From an uncultured Smithella sp. (GTDB lineage: Bacteria > Desulfobacterota > Syntrophia > Syntrophales > Smithellaceae): a DNA stretch of 64,000 nt. A program made the position numbers and the translations under genes. The number at the start of each line of letters is the position of its first letter. Position 1 is the stretch's first letter. Positions 21,437 to 32,263 of this stretch are shown here, in pieces. The stretch is taken from the NCBI GenBank assembly GCA_964632255.1, contig CAZWCA010000009.1, forward strand, positions 4,394 to 68,393. Direction: 5' to 3'. The notes below the pieces were generated by a model. That model was not told the DNA's origin. It saw only the letters and a list, made by a program, of their open reading frames with translations, and made no database searches.

Positions 21437-22618
21437 TTACCTGCATTCCTCAATCGCTTCCTTAAACCCGGCTATGGAATTTATGATCGTTGCATCATCG
21501 ACGCAGTAGGCGATGCGGAAGTAGCCGGGGCTGCCGAAGGCGCTGCCGGGGACGGCCAGGATATTTTTCTTCAAGAGCATCTGGACAAAGGCTACGTCAT
21601 CGGGAATCGGGCTTTGCGGGAATAGATAAAACGCGCCGAGCGGCTTTTCAAATTTATAACCGGCCTCGGATAGCCCGGCGCAGAGCAGATCCCGTTTTCT
21701 CTTGTAAACTTCAACATCAACTTTAACATCCTGCAATCGGGCAATAATCCGTTGCATGAGCGACGGCGCATTCACGAAACCGGAAATCCGTGTACATAAG
21801 ATTAAGGCGGCGATCAATTCGGCGGCTTCTTCAATTTCCGGGTTGACGGCGATATAGCCGATTCTTTCTCCGGGCAGCGACAATGTTTTCGAATAGGAAT
21901 AAGCAATAATACTGTTTTTATATGTTTTAAAGGTACAAGGCACTGCGACATCGTCATAGACTATTTCCCGGTAAGGTTCATCGGCAATAAGGTAGATGGT
22001 GGTTTTCAGTTCATTGCTTTTTTTCGTGAGCATTAATGATAACTCGGCAATGTTCTTTTCACTGTATACTTTTCCTGTCGGGTTGTTCGGTGAATTGATT
22101 ATGAGAGCTTTGGTTTTTTCATTAACCGCTCTCTCCATAGCTTCCACGTCAAGCGAAAAGTCTTCTTTTGTTTTCACTCTTTTCAGAACGCCGCCGTAGT
22201 TTTCAACGTAGGGCGTGTATTCCATAAAGAAAGGCACCGGAACGATAACTTCATCCTGTGGATCAAGGATTGATTTTAGAATCACGTTTAACGCGCCGCC
22301 GGCGCCGCAGGACATAACCAAATTATCGGCATTGAGCTTAAGGCCGTATGTTTTATTCATCTTGTCGGCGATGGCCTGCCTTGTTTCGGGATATCCGGCA
22401 TTGGGCATATATCCATGTTTGTAGGGAATAACTTCTTGAGCCAGTTTCACCAGTTCTCTTTCGAACTCCTTGGGTGGATCAACATTCGGATTGCCGAGAC
22501 TGAAATCATATACTTTATCAGCGCCGAATTTCTTTTTAAGGATGGCGCCTTGTTCGAACATTTTTCGGATCATGGATGAATTGGAACCAGCTGCTTTAAT
22601 TTTTTTGGAAACAGACAT
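21437..22618 (-). CDS. PLP-dependent aminotransferase, class I/II (aspartate/alanine aminotransferase-like)
   Basis: 393 aa. NPNNPTGKVY, the PLP-lysine region YSYSKTLSLPGERIGY, and FRIAY near the C-terminus. Confidence 0.9.
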   Translation of the reverse strand: MSVSKKIKAAGSNSSMIRKMFEQGAILKKKFGADKVYDFSLGNPNVDPPKEFERELVKLAQEVIPYKHGYMPNAGYPETRQAIADKMNKTYGLKLNADNLVMSCGAGGALNVILKSILDPQDEVIVPVPFFMEYTPYVENYGGVLKRVKTKEDFSLDVEAMERAVNEKTKALIINSPNNPTGKVYSEKNIAELSLMLTKKSNELKTTIYLIADEPYREIVYDDVAVPCTFKTYKNSIIAYSYSKTLSLPGERIGYIAVNPEIEEAAELIAALILCTRISGFVNAPSLMQRIIARLQDVKVDVEVYKRKRDLLCAGLSEAGYKFEKPLGAFYLFPQSPIPDDVAFVQMLLKKNILAVPGSAFGSPGYFRIAYCVDDATIINSIAGFKEAIEECR

Positions 22619-22641
22619 TATAAAACCTCTTCAATTTTTCT

Positions 22642-23301
22642 TTAGTAATTTTTTACGATATATTCATTGATCTCGCTGAAGCTGTCAAAAGGCAGGCAGG
22701 GAGTTCCTTCCTTCTCACAGCGTTGATATAAAAGCTTTTTGGCAAATACCAGATCGGCATATTTGGACGGGCAGAAATCGGAATAACCGTCTCCGATATA
22801 AATAATCTTGTCATAAATCAGGCGATAGGAATCCAGAATGCGGCTCTTGCACGTCCCGCAACGGCCGCAAAAATCATTGCGCTCGGGAAACTCGACGGAA
22901 AAAGATTCATTCTCGCCGAATAAGGCCCGGTTCGAATAATATTCAATTTCCTGAAGATTGTATTTCTCCAGAACTGCATTGATGTAGAAGTCGAATCCGT
23001 CGGAGACGATTTTTATATCGATTTTCTTATCCCGGCATATAGAACAAAATTCAAGGAAATAAGGATCGAGCCTTTCAATTTCCAAAACGTGCTCAAGCAT
23101 TTTTTCCTGGCTGCCCTTGAGCCTTTGGGCGATTTTCTTATAAGCAATACGGGAGCCGATTTTTCCTTTGGCAAATTCCTTCTCGATATCGGCCAGGCTT
23201 TCTGTCACAAACTTAAAGATAAATTGACTGCCCAGGTCAACCGTGGTTATCGTGCCGTCAAAATCGGTAATGATTAAAATTTTCGGGGATCGGAGAGCCA
23301 T
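22642..23301 (-). CDS. HAD-IB family phosphatase (MtnX/PHOSPHO-like)
   Basis: 219 aa. HAD motif I ILIITDFDGTIT, motif IV IGDGYSD, and a CGRCGTCK cysteine cluster as seen in MtnX-like members. Confidence 0.8.
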   Translation of the reverse strand: MALRSPKILIITDFDGTITTVDLGSQFIFKFVTESLADIEKEFAKGKIGSRIAYKKIAQRLKGSQEKMLEHVLEIERLDPYFLEFCSICRDKKIDIKIVSDGFDFYINAVLEKYNLQEIEYYSNRALFGENESFSVEFPERNDFCGRCGTCKSRILDSYRLIYDKIIYIGDGYSDFCPSKYADLVFAKKLLYQRCEKEGTPCLPFDSFSEINEYIVKNY

Positions 23302-23478
23302 GATTGAATCTAATTATTTTTGCTTTCTTAAGATTGATACCAAGTCACTTTTTGAAACTTTTGCCAAATGCTCTTTTTATCATTTGTGAACGTAGGGGCA
23401 GACCTGGGTGTCTGCCCAAATCAGTGGGAACACGCAGATTCGCCCATATCCATGAGGAGCAATACAACCTGGCAATTA

Positions 23479-23790
23479 CTAACGTTTGCCGCGTCTTAAC
23501 AACACAAATATTCCCAATAAAACCAGTATTGCCGGCAATGTATACTGGGAATATTTGGAAAGCTGAAAGCCGTAGAATTCATTGGCCAAAAAAAATGCAC
23601 CGGCCGCAGTTATCAGCCAGCCTGACAAATTTTTAAATCCTTGAATAATAGTGCCGATTCCGACCACAATAATCAGTACCGGCCATGTTTTTCCCAAAGG
23701 GTACATTCCTGCTTTGCTCAGATATATCAGTACTCCGAGAGTAATCAGGAGTATGCCTCCGGGAAGAATACTGTGTTTTTCACTTGCCAT
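23479..23790 (-). CDS. small integral membrane protein (103 aa, 3-4 TM)
   Basis: Almost entirely hydrophobic helices separated by short loops. No family recognised. Confidence 0.5.
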   Translation of the reverse strand: MASEKHSILPGGILLITLGVLIYLSKAGMYPLGKTWPVLIIVVGIGTIIQGFKNLSGWLITAAGAFFLANEFYGFQLSKYSQYTLPAILVLLGIFVLLRRGKR

Positions 23791-23850
23791 AAAACCTGCT
23801 TAGCTCCTGTTCAATTACAAGGCGGTCAGATTTTTATCCGCCGCCTTTTT

Positions 23851-23976
23851 TTCTTATTCCATTTCCAAATCAAGCGCTACCTTTGTTGACCTTTCGACAT
23901 ACTCAGGGCAGGCTGAGAGTAGGCTACAATTAAGATAGTTATTTATGGTGAGCTTGTTCGAACCACGCCTCTTCGC
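23851..23976. repeat. ~126-bp repeat, copy 1 (inverted partner at 28252..28378)
   Basis: ttcttattccatttccaaatcaagcgctacctttgttgacctttcgacatactcagggcaggctgagagtaggctacaattaagatag...ttcgaaccacgcctcttcgcc. It matches the reverse complement of 28252..28378 with about 5 mismatches by eye. Confidence 0.9.
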
Positions 23977-24020
23977 CTCCTCCTCGCCGCCGCGGTATCA
24001 TCTATGGTTTGGAAACGGAA

Positions 24021-24785
24021 TCATTTATCCTTTTCCGCCAACTTTAAAAATGGTTTGAACAAGTCAATCGGAATGGGGAAAACGGTTGTGGAATTGTTTT
24101 CCGATGCGATCTGGTTGAGCGTCTGCAAATAACGCAGTTGCAGCGACATCGGCTGGGTTTCCATCAATCCCGCGGCTTCAATTAGCTTTTCCGCCGCCTG
24201 GAATTCGCCTTCAGCATTGATGACTTTGGCTCTTCTTTCTCTTTCCGCTTCGGCCTGCTTGGCCATCGAGCGTTTCATCTCTTCCGGCAAATCGATGTGT
24301 TTTACTTCCACCAAAGATACTTTAATGCCCCACGGCTCGGTGCTGCGGTCCAGAATGGCCTGTAAATGCATGTTGATCTTTTCGCGCTCGGAAAGGATTT
24401 CATCCAATTCCATTTGTCCGCAAACACTGCGCAGCGTTGTTTGAGCTAACTGGGAAGTGGCATAAAGATAATTTTCGACATTGGTGACCGCCGCATTGGC
24501 ATCCATTACCCGAAAATAAACAACAGCGCTTACTTTGATGGATACGTTATCTTTTGTGATAACATCCTGGGGAGGAACATCCATGGTAATTGTCCGCATA
24601 TCCACCTTTACAACTCTATCAATACCGGGAATGATCAGGATCAAACCGGGTCCTTTGACATCTCTGATTCTTCCCAAACGAAAAATAACGGCCCTTTCGT
24701 ATTCGTTTAAAATACGGATTGCGGCAGCCAAAAACATAATTACGAGCACAACCATAACAAGTGTCGGTATAGATAAAGTCCCCAT
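24021..24785 (-). CDS. SPFH/band-7 (stomatin-like) membrane protein
   Basis: 254 aa. N-terminal TM, then [16 protein letters not shown]...[11 protein letters not shown]...TKDNV...VVYFRV, typical of slipins. Confidence 0.92.
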   Translation of the reverse strand: MGTLSIPTLVMVVLVIMFLAAAIRILNEYERAVIFRLGRIRDVKGPGLILIIPGIDRVVKVDMRTITMDVPPQDVITKDNVSIKVSAVVYFRVMDANAAVTNVENYLYATSQLAQTTLRSVCGQMELDEILSEREKINMHLQAILDRSTEPWGIKVSLVEVKHIDLPEEMKRSMAKQAEAERERRAKVINAEGEFQAAEKLIEAAGLMETQPMSLQLRYLQTLNQIASENNSTTVFPIPIDLFKPFLKLAEKDK

Positions 24786-24814
24786 TTTACCTCCTCCTTT
24801 TTTAAGATGAATTG

Positions 24815-26116
24815 TTATTTCTTCTCTATCTCCTCCACGCTCAACTTAAGACCATCAACTTTGAGAATTCTCACCTTTGTCCCTTTTCTAATAGGTTTAT
24901 CGCTTTTCGCTTTCCAGTATTCGCCCATTATCAATACATCTCCTTCATTGGCTATATCGGTAACTGCTTCCGCTTCGGCGCCGATCATGGCTTCCGCTCC
25001 GGAAAAATGCTTTCTCGCTTGCGCCTTAAGAGCGAGCCAGATGACGACAATAAAGAATGCTGAAGAAACAACAACTGCAGGAATTAAGACTTGCAGGGAA
25101 ATCCGTAAAGCCGGATCACTCGTATCAAATAGTAATAATGATCCCATAATCAATGAAATTATACCTCCGACAGTGAGCATTCCATGACTGACTATTTTTA
25201 TTTCCGCAATAAACAGGATCACGCCGAATATTATCAGCAATATTCCGGTGTAATTTACGGGCAGTGTGGCCAGACCGAAAAAAGCCAGCAAAAGCGATAT
25301 ACCGCCGATTACTCCCGGCAATATCGCGCCCGGCGTAGACAGCTCAAAATACAATCCCGCAAGGCCCACCAGCAAAAGAATATAAGAAATATTGGGATCG
25401 GAAATCGCAGAAAGTATTTTCTCCCGTGTCCCCATTTTCTTATCAACAATTACGGCATTTTTTGTGGACAGTTTCTTTACGCCGCCGGCCAGTTTCACTT
25501 CCTTTTGATCAATTTCCTTCAAAAGGCTGGCCACATCGGGGGCGACCAAATCAATTACGTTTAATTTCAGCGCCTCTTCAGCAGTGATTGATTCGCTTTT
25601 GCGTACCGCCTTTTCCACCCACTCTTCAGAGCGTCCCCTTAATTTAGCAATACTGCGGGCATAGGCCGCCGCATCATTTTCCACTTTTGTCGACATGGTT
25701 TTGTCCATTTTATCCCCGCCGATACCGATAGCTACGGGATGGGCGGCGCCGATATTGGTTCCGGGCGTCATGGCGGCGACATGCGCGGCCGTTGTAATAA
25801 TAACTCCGGCCGAAGCGGCACGGGCGCCGGGAGGATAAACAAAAACAATCACCGGCAGGGGAGCATTAAGGAAGCTCTTGGCAATATCACGCATGGCGGT
25901 ATCCATGCCGCCCGGTGTATCGAGTAAAATGACCAGTCCTTCCGCGCCTTCTTTTCTGGCTTCCTCAATACTTGCCGCTGCATATTTTGCCGTGGGAGCT
26001 GTTATGACGCTGTCAATACTGATTACATTAAATACAGGCCTTTTTTCTTCGGCAAAAGCATAAACGTTTACAGCCAGGAAAATCAGAACCAGGATGCAGA
26101 TAATTTTTCTATACAT
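24815..26116 (-). CDS. NfeD-family membrane-bound serine protease (ClpP-class), partner of the SPFH protein
   Basis: 433 aa. Signal sequence, ClpP-like domain (LDTPGG...AASAG), central TM bundle, C-terminal OB-like NfeD domain (GEYWKAKSD...[14 protein letters not shown]). Confidence 0.9.
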   Translation of the reverse strand: MYRKIICILVLIFLAVNVYAFAEEKRPVFNVISIDSVITAPTAKYAAASIEEARKEGAEGLVILLDTPGGMDTAMRDIAKSFLNAPLPVIVFVYPPGARAASAGVIITTAAHVAAMTPGTNIGAAHPVAIGIGGDKMDKTMSTKVENDAAAYARSIAKLRGRSEEWVEKAVRKSESITAEEALKLNVIDLVAPDVASLLKEIDQKEVKLAGGVKKLSTKNAVIVDKKMGTREKILSAISDPNISYILLLVGLAGLYFELSTPGAILPGVIGGISLLLAFFGLATLPVNYTGILLIIFGVILFIAEIKIVSHGMLTVGGIISLIMGSLLLFDTSDPALRISLQVLIPAVVVSSAFFIVVIWLALKAQARKHFSGAEAMIGAEAEAVTDIANEGDVLIMGEYWKAKSDKPIRKGTKVRILKVDGLKLSVEEIEKK

Positions 26117-26142
26117 CGGCTTACCTCTTTCACCACGAAAAA

Positions 26143-26874
26143 TTAATTTTGCAATTCTTTCATGATCAGTTGCACATCTTGCCAGACGGTTTTTTTGGCC
26201 GAGGGATTGCGCAGCAAATAAGCAGGATGGTATGTCGGCATCAATTTTATTCCCTCGTAGGAATGAAAACGGCCGCGTAAACCGCTTATCGGTGCATCGG
26301 TTTTAAGCAGTGCTTTTGCAGCAAAAGTTCCCAGGGCGCAAATGATTTGCGGAGAAATAATTTTTAACTGCTGTTTTAAATAAGGCTCGCAAGCCGCAAT
26401 TTCGTGAGGCAGCGGATTACGGTTTTGCGGGGGACGGCATTTGAGAATATTGCAAATATATACTTCTTCGCGTTTCAGACCCATTGCCTCAATGATTTTG
26501 GTCAACAATTGACCGGCCTGACCGACAAACGGCAGACCCTGTTCATCTTCATCCGCTCCCGGCGCCTCCCCCACAAAAACGAGTTTGGCGTAAGGATTGC
26601 CGTCGCCGAAAACAAGGTTTCTCCTGGATTTACCCAGACTGCAAAGACTGCATTCAGCCATGTCTGCACGTATTGCGGCCAAAGCTTCTTCATTTTTTTG
26701 AATTTTTTGCGGTTTAATCTTTATATTGTTCTTGTGCATTCTTTCCACTTTTTCCCAGGAAATCCCGATGGCTAATCTATCCGGATCCATCACCTGGTTC
26801 TTCAAAGCTCTTATTGCCGAAAGCAAAGCGGACCGCAATTGACGTTTATTCGATTCGGTAAGAACTTCATCCAT
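26143..26874 (-). CDS. uracil-DNA glycosylase, family 4
   Basis: 243 aa. CSLC...LVFGDGNPYAKLVFVGEAPGADEDEQGLPFVGQAGQLL...HPAYLLRNP. The ATG overlaps the coaBC stop (TAATG). Confidence 0.9.
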   Translation of the reverse strand: MDEVLTESNKRQLRSALLSAIRALKNQVMDPDRLAIGISWEKVERMHKNNIKIKPQKIQKNEEALAAIRADMAECSLCSLGKSRRNLVFGDGNPYAKLVFVGEAPGADEDEQGLPFVGQAGQLLTKIIEAMGLKREEVYICNILKCRPPQNRNPLPHEIAACEPYLKQQLKIISPQIICALGTFAAKALLKTDAPISGLRGRFHSYEGIKLMPTYHPAYLLRNPSAKKTVWQDVQLIMKELQN

Positions 26875-28085
26875 TACTTTACGTTTTTACCTTTCTTATG
26901 AATTGTATCTTTAACCCGGTCAAGAATCTGGATGGCCGCATCGATTTTTGTCATCTTGGATAAAGCTTCCACTTTACCATTGCAATCAATTATTGTGATG
27001 ATATTCGTATCCGTCTGAAATCCCGCACCTTCCTCACGCAGGCTGTTGGCCACAATAAAATCCATTTTTTTTCTGGCCAATTTATCCTGAGCGTTGGCCA
27101 GAAGATTCTGCGTTTCCATGGCAAAACCAACCAAAATACAATTGCCCTTATTTTTTCCGACTTCGGCAATTATGTCCGGATTTCTTTCCAGCGTTAAGGA
27201 AAAAGAATCATTACCTTTCTTTATCTTTTCATTTGCAAGGGAAGCCGGCCGGTAGTCCGCAACAGCTGCGGCCTTGATAAGAACTGTGGATTTTTTGAAA
27301 TTTTCCATTACCGCTTCATACATTTCCTGTGCCGTTCTGATCTGAACTATTTTACTTACCTGAGGCAGGGGAAGATCCGTCGGTCCCGTAATTAAAGTAA
27401 CTTCGGCGCCGCGGCGGTGCGCAACCCTGGCCAGAGCATAACCCATTTTTCCGGAAGATAAATTGGTGATAAAACGCACAGGGTCCAACGGCTCTTCAGT
27501 GGGTCCTGCGGTGACCAGAATTTTTTCGCCGGTTAAATCTTTTGGCGCCAACATGATTGTAATTTCCTCAACTATGGAGGAAGCATCCGGCAAACGTCCG
27601 GCTCCCTGAGTTTTACAGGCCAGCTCGCCATAAGCGCTGTCCATTACCATATATCCGTAATTTTTCAATTTTTGGATGTTATCGGTAACGATGGGGTTCG
27701 CCAGCATTTTATCATTCATCGCCGGACAGATAAGCACAGGCTTGTCGGTGGCCATTATCGTGGTTGAAAGTAAATCGTCCGCAATGCCCGATGCTATTTT
27801 ACCGATAATATTCGCTGTCGCCGGTGCAATTACAAAAGCGTCGGCAAAATCGGCAAGACTGATGTGAGCCATATCAAACCCGGCCGTCGGAACAAACATG
27901 TCAGTATAAACCTGGCCTTTGGAAAGAGTCTGAAAAGTTAAAGGAGTGACAAATTGCTGAGCACTTTTTGTCATAATGACTCTGACCTCGGCACCTTCTT
28001 TCACAAGCGCGCGGGTCAGTTCTGCTGCTTTATATGCGGCAATACCGCCGGTTACTCCAAGGACAATCTTTTTATTCTTTAGCAT
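26874..28085 (-). CDS. coaBC: bifunctional phosphopantothenoylcysteine decarboxylase / phosphopantothenate-cysteine ligase
   Basis: KKIVLGVTGGIAAYKAAEL...PAMN flavoprotein half plus the CoaB half (ITNLSSGKMG). I start it at MLKNKK (28085). The track ORF extends to 28283 only because it reads through the upstream repeat element. Confidence 0.93.
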   Translation of the reverse strand: MLKNKKIVLGVTGGIAAYKAAELTRALVKEGAEVRVIMTKSAQQFVTPLTFQTLSKGQVYTDMFVPTAGFDMAHISLADFADAFVIAPATANIIGKIASGIADDLLSTTIMATDKPVLICPAMNDKMLANPIVTDNIQKLKNYGYMVMDSAYGELACKTQGAGRLPDASSIVEEITIMLAPKDLTGEKILVTAGPTEEPLDPVRFITNLSSGKMGYALARVAHRRGAEVTLITGPTDLPLPQVSKIVQIRTAQEMYEAVMENFKKSTVLIKAAAVADYRPASLANEKIKKGNDSFSLTLERNPDIIAEVGKNKGNCILVGFAMETQNLLANAQDKLARKKMDFIVANSLREEGAGFQTDTNIITIIDCNGKVEALSKMTKIDAAIQILDRVKDTIHKKGKNVK

Positions 28086-28251
28086 ATTTCTTCCATCATT
28101 TTTTTTGAGAATATAACAGTCTTTAAATTCAAGATCAAGGCATAATATCTTTATAATTATTGGAGATTTATCCTTTCTTATGTCCGGCTTTTGCAGCGGA
28201 AATCCAAGGTTTAATTCCATTTTCAAATCATGGATGCTACCGCGGGAGAAG

Positions 28252-28378
28252 GCGATGAGGCGTGGTTCGAACAAGCTCACCATAAATAACTATCTTAATT
28301 GTAGCCTACTCTCAGCCTGCCCTGAGCATGTCGAAGGGCCAACAAAGGTAGCGCTTGATTTGGAATTGGAATAAGAAG
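28252..28378. repeat. ~126-bp repeat, copy 2 (inverted partner at 23851..23976)
   Basis: The reverse complement reads ttcttattccaattccaaatcaagcgctacctttgttggcccttcgacatgctcagggcaggctgagagtaggctacaattaag... It lies in the coaBC / M23 divergent intergenic region. Confidence 0.9.
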
Positions 28379-28524
28379 ACATGAATTGTTCCTGTTTCCG
28401 TTTTTAATAATAATATTCGGTCTGATCGATGTCAATTTGAAACAGGGAAATTTGTCTTGCAAATAGCAGGGAAAGAAATTATAAAAATGCGCAAATCTTG
28501 ATTCCACCTGCTCTGGAGGTATTC

Positions 28525-29856
28525 ATGCAAAAATATAAGCTAATAATATCAGTCAGTATTATTGTAGCTGCCATAATAATTGCCGGTCTAAGTTTTCTTT
28601 TCTGGGGAAATTATTTGGAAAGAGATATTCCCCTGATTAAACCTAATCAGGATATCTCCATGATCGGCAAGCAAAAGAAAATGGAGATAACCTTTAGCGA
28701 CAAGCAAAGCGGCCTTTCACAAGTTTATGCAGAAATTATTCAGGACAACAAAGGTCAGGTTCTTGTTGCCGAAACCATTCCTTCCCGGGGAAACAAACAG
28801 AAAACGGTATCTCTGACCATAGACACAGCCGCCCTAAAGATACACGATGGCCCGGCAATACTTAAATTGATCGCCACCGACTGCTCTTTATTTAAAAACC
28901 GGACCATCTTATCTCAGCCAGTCACAATAAATACCGTCCCGCCGCAGGTATATCTGCTCAATCCCATCAATAATGTCAATCAGGGCGGCACCGGTTTCAT
29001 TACTTTCCGTACATCAAGCCCTCCTGCTTTGGCGGGTGTCTACGTCAATGATTATTTTACTCCGGCTTATACGGTGACAATTGACAATAAGCCCACATTG
29101 GTAGCTTATTTTGCCATACCGATGGATGCAACAAAAATGAAGACTGTCATCAAAGCTTTTATCCGCGATATAGCCGGAAATGAGTCCAGCATCGCGATCC
29201 CTTACGTGCTGAAAGAAAAGAAATTCCGTGCCGACAAAATGAATCTGAGCGAAACTTTCCTCCAGCAGAAAATGCCCGAGTTTCAGGCAATGATTCCCGC
29301 ACTGCAAGGTAAGCCTCTCCTGGATACTTTCATTTATGTAAATACGCAAATACGCAATGATAATTTCCGTACACTGCAGGCCCTCTGTCAGAAATCTTCA
29401 CCCGATAAACTATGGGAAGGAACGTTTCTGCGAATGGCCAGGGCTCAACCAATGGCCTTATTCGGCGATAAAAGAACATACATAGCCGGTGGAAAGGATA
29501 TCGGCAACTCCGTACACACTGGTGTTGATCTGGCATCCAATGCGCACGCACAAGTTGAAGCAGCCAATAACGGCAATGTAGTGTTTGCCGGTCCGCTGGG
29601 GATTTACGGCAATGCCGTGATGATTGATCATGGCCAGGGGTTATTCAGTGTCTACGGGCATTTGTCCGCGCTCAGCACCACAGTTGGAAAAGCGGTGAAA
29701 AAAGGAGAAATAATCGGTCATTCCGGAATATCCGGTCTCGCGGGAGGCGATCATTTACATTTCAGCATTATGGTCGGCGGGCAATTTGTCAACCCGCAGG
29801 AATGGTGGGATCCTCACTGGATAAACGACAATGTAAACAAGAAAATGATCTTCTAA
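28525..29856 (+). CDS. M23-family metallopeptidase (second copy, different N-terminal domain)
   Basis: Start at MQKYKL after GGAGGT. N-terminal TM. M23 motifs HTGVDLASNAHAQVEAA and GISGLAGGDHLHFSIMV. Confidence 0.9.
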   Translation: MQKYKLIISVSIIVAAIIIAGLSFLFWGNYLERDIPLIKPNQDISMIGKQKKMEITFSDKQSGLSQVYAEIIQDNKGQVLVAETIPSRGNKQKTVSLTIDTAALKIHDGPAILKLIATDCSLFKNRTILSQPVTINTVPPQVYLLNPINNVNQGGTGFITFRTSSPPALAGVYVNDYFTPAYTVTIDNKPTLVAYFAIPMDATKMKTVIKAFIRDIAGNESSIAIPYVLKEKKFRADKMNLSETFLQQKMPEFQAMIPALQGKPLLDTFIYVNTQIRNDNFRTLQALCQKSSPDKLWEGTFLRMARAQPMALFGDKRTYIAGGKDIGNSVHTGVDLASNAHAQVEAANNGNVVFAGPLGIYGNAVMIDHGQGLFSVYGHLSALSTTVGKAVKKGEIIGHSGISGLAGGDHLHFSIMVGGQFVNPQEWWDPHWINDNVNKKMIF

Positions 29857-29863
29857 TAAATAA

Positions 29864-30730
29864 TCAACTCTTGTTGATGTCGCGGTGAATAACATTGACA
29901 ATATATTTCATTTCCGAGAAATGAGCACCTAATTGATTGGCGATGACTACGGAACGGTGCTTTCCTCCGGTGCAGCCTAAAGCAACATTTAAGCGCACTT
30001 TTCCTTCTTTGTCATATAAAGGAATCAAAAAAGTCATTAAATCCAATATCTTTTTCAAAAAAGTTTTACTCTTTTCATTGTTCAGAACGTATTCCCTTAC
30101 AGCATTATTATGTCCGTCATACTCTTTTAATTCTTTAACAAAATAAGGATTGGGTAAAAATCTCGCATCATATACGAGATCGGCATCAGCAGGCAGGCCG
30201 TAACGGTATCCAAAGGAAATTACATTGATTATCATCTTCTTATGCCCGGAAGAAGGTAAGAAATATTGTTGAACAATATCTTTGAGCTGATGGACATTTG
30301 AAGATGTCGTGTCAATAACCCGGTCCGCCATCTTCTTCAGAGAAGATAATTTTTCCCGTTCCAGGCTAATGCCGTCCATAACCAATCCCTTTTCGGAAAG
30401 GGGATGGATGCGTCTGGTCTCACTGAAACGGTGTAAAAGTGCTTCATCTGTTGAATCAAGAAAAAGGATTTCAATTTTATATCCTTTTTCCTTAAGATTG
30501 GAAAAAATACGCTCATATTTTTCCAAAAAGCTTCTTTCGCGCAGGTCCATAACCAAAGCGACCCGCTTTATTTCCGGAGAAGACTGTGCGGTTAAAGCTA
30601 AAAATTTCGGCAGAAGAACAACCGGTAAATTATCTACACAAAAAAACCCTATATCTTCCAATGCCCGAAGTGCTGTACTCTTACCCGAGCCGGAAAGACC
30701 TGTAATAATAACAACACGCATATTTTTCAT
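29864..30730 (-). CDS. rapZ: RNase adapter / nucleotide-binding protein RapZ
   Basis: 288 aa. [33 protein letters not shown] and C-terminal CTGGKHRSV. Confidence 0.93.
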   Translation of the reverse strand: MKNMRVVIITGLSGSGKSTALRALEDIGFFCVDNLPVVLLPKFLALTAQSSPEIKRVALVMDLRERSFLEKYERIFSNLKEKGYKIEILFLDSTDEALLHRFSETRRIHPLSEKGLVMDGISLEREKLSSLKKMADRVIDTTSSNVHQLKDIVQQYFLPSSGHKKMIINVISFGYRYGLPADADLVYDARFLPNPYFVKELKEYDGHNNAVREYVLNNEKSKTFLKKILDLMTFLIPLYDKEGKVRLNVALGCTGGKHRSVVIANQLGAHFSEMKYIVNVIHRDINKS

Positions 30731-31593
30731 TGATTTTCCTTCGTCAGCTGTTCCAGAGCTTTTTTTATCAAATGTTCCTTAATATGATTATTTGATTTAG
30801 TAATGATGTGAAAGCAAATTAGTTTAATGTCAAGAATTTTCATTTCTTTTTTCATTATTCCGGTATTTTTCATATCATTTCTTTCAACCTCAATAATGGC
30901 GGAAAGTTTTGTCTTCTTTTTTACCCGCTCCGGTTTCAGCAATTTTTGAACGGGAACAATTCCGGTATCTTTCGTATGAATATAGTTTTGGATTTTTTTA
31001 TGTCCCGTGGCAATTAGTTCTCCAAGTTTGTTTCTCTTAATAATAACGAGATCATCGGCAATCCAATAATCATCCTTTGTAACAATTTTTAAAGCTGCTG
31101 TTGTCTTTCCAATACCACTGGCTCCCGTAATTAATATACCTTTTCCTTTTATCTCCAGCACTACACCATGGACACCAATGGTCCCCTGAATTTTTTCACG
31201 AATCAAAGACTTTAAGAGGCTTTTCAAATAAAATTCATCATATTTCGATGTCGCAATAGTAATATCGGCCTTTGCAGCAAGATCTTTAAAAACAGACGGA
31301 ATTGATGATGAATTTGCCAAAACAATAAAAATTAAATTTTGTTTTAAAATATTATCCATCTTTTGTCGGCAAAGAGATTCCGGCATCATGCTTAATCGAT
31401 TTGAGACCGGTTGAGCTATAATCGCGATAGTTGGAATATCCTTTTTTGAAATTGTAAAAGGCATCCGGTTAATAAGTCGAATATTGATTTTTGAAAATTT
31501 TTCTTCGAAATCCGTGGAAGGAATGATCTCTTTTATTCCGAATTTAACTATTTTTCTTTGAAATAATTCTTTTAGTGATAATTTTTTTTCCAT
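30727..31593 (-). CDS. hprK: HPr kinase/phosphorylase
   Basis: 288 aa. [29 protein letters not shown]-loop of the HprK C-terminal domain. Overlaps the rapZ start by 4 nt. Confidence 0.8.
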   Translation of the reverse strand: MEKKLSLKELFQRKIVKFGIKEIIPSTDFEEKFSKINIRLINRMPFTISKKDIPTIAIIAQPVSNRLSMMPESLCRQKMDNILKQNLIFIVLANSSSIPSVFKDLAAKADITIATSKYDEFYLKSLLKSLIREKIQGTIGVHGVVLEIKGKGILITGASGIGKTTAALKIVTKDDYWIADDLVIIKRNKLGELIATGHKKIQNYIHTKDTGIVPVQKLLKPERVKKKTKLSAIIEVERNDMKNTGIMKKEMKILDIKLICFHIITKSNNHIKEHLIKKALEQLTKENQ

Positions 31594-31676
31594 GAATGGA
31601 TGATTATTTACTCATTAGAATAACTGCGTGCGGATCCAGAAGGGGGTAAAGCAAATTAAAGCTGTATAAAAACTGG

Positions 31677-32147
31677 TTATTTACGAAAACCGGTTTCGTC
31701 TTGTTCAGTAATTATTTTATAGAGTTCATTACTGGATTTTGCTTCCATAAGCTTTTTGCGGAAATTGCCGGCTTTTGTCATTCTTGAGATCTTTGCCAAC
31801 ACTTTAAGATGCTGCCCCGTGCTGTTTTCCGGCGCCAAAAGTAAGAAGAAAAGGTGAACAAGTTTGCCGTCAATGGCATCAAACGCTACGCCACTCTTAC
31901 TTCGCCCAAAAGCAATAATAAGTTCGTTAAGACCGCTTATTTTTCCGTGGGGAATGGCGACGCCATCGCCAATCCCCGTTGAGCCAAGCTTTTCTCTTTG
32001 CAGCAACACATCATAAATTTGTGACCGGTTAAGTTTGCGAGAACCTTGTATTACTAATTCTGATAATTCGGCTAACGCATCAGTTTTGCTTTTCGCCTGT
32101 AAATCATCATTAAAATATTCCGGTTTTAAAAGTTGTTCCAAACGCAT
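31677..32147 (-). CDS. ptsN: PTS IIA-Ntr (nitrogen regulatory IIA protein)
   Basis: The GIGDGVAIPHGK phospho-histidine loop, and its position between hpf and hprK in the rpoN cluster. Start taken at MRLEQLL; the ORF can extend to a TTG at 32174. Confidence 0.88.
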   Translation of the reverse strand: MRLEQLLKPEYFNDDLQAKSKTDALAELSELVIQGSRKLNRSQIYDVLLQREKLGSTGIGDGVAIPHGKISGLNELIIAFGRSKSGVAFDAIDGKLVHLFFLLLAPENSTGQHLKVLAKISRMTKAGNFRKKLMEAKSSNELYKIITEQDETGFRK

Positions 32148-32263
32148 TGATATACCCGATTTGAAAACCAACAATTACTAAATATAAATCTTGCGGCAAT
32201 AACATTTAAGATATCCGCAACATAAGCTAATTTTTCGGCATACTGTTAAAAACTTACAGCTTA

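Noticed and set aside
23941-23976. tRNA-like GTTCGAACC (T-loop-like) sequence in the 126-bp repeat
   Set aside because: There is no acceptor stem, anticodon arm or CCA context. The flanking bases do not pair as a T-arm.
28086-28283. 66-codon N-terminal extension of the coaBC ORF
   Set aside because: The extension reads through the 126-bp repeat element. Canonical CoaBC begins at the KKIVLGVTGGIAAYK Rossmann motif, immediately after the internal ATG at 28085.
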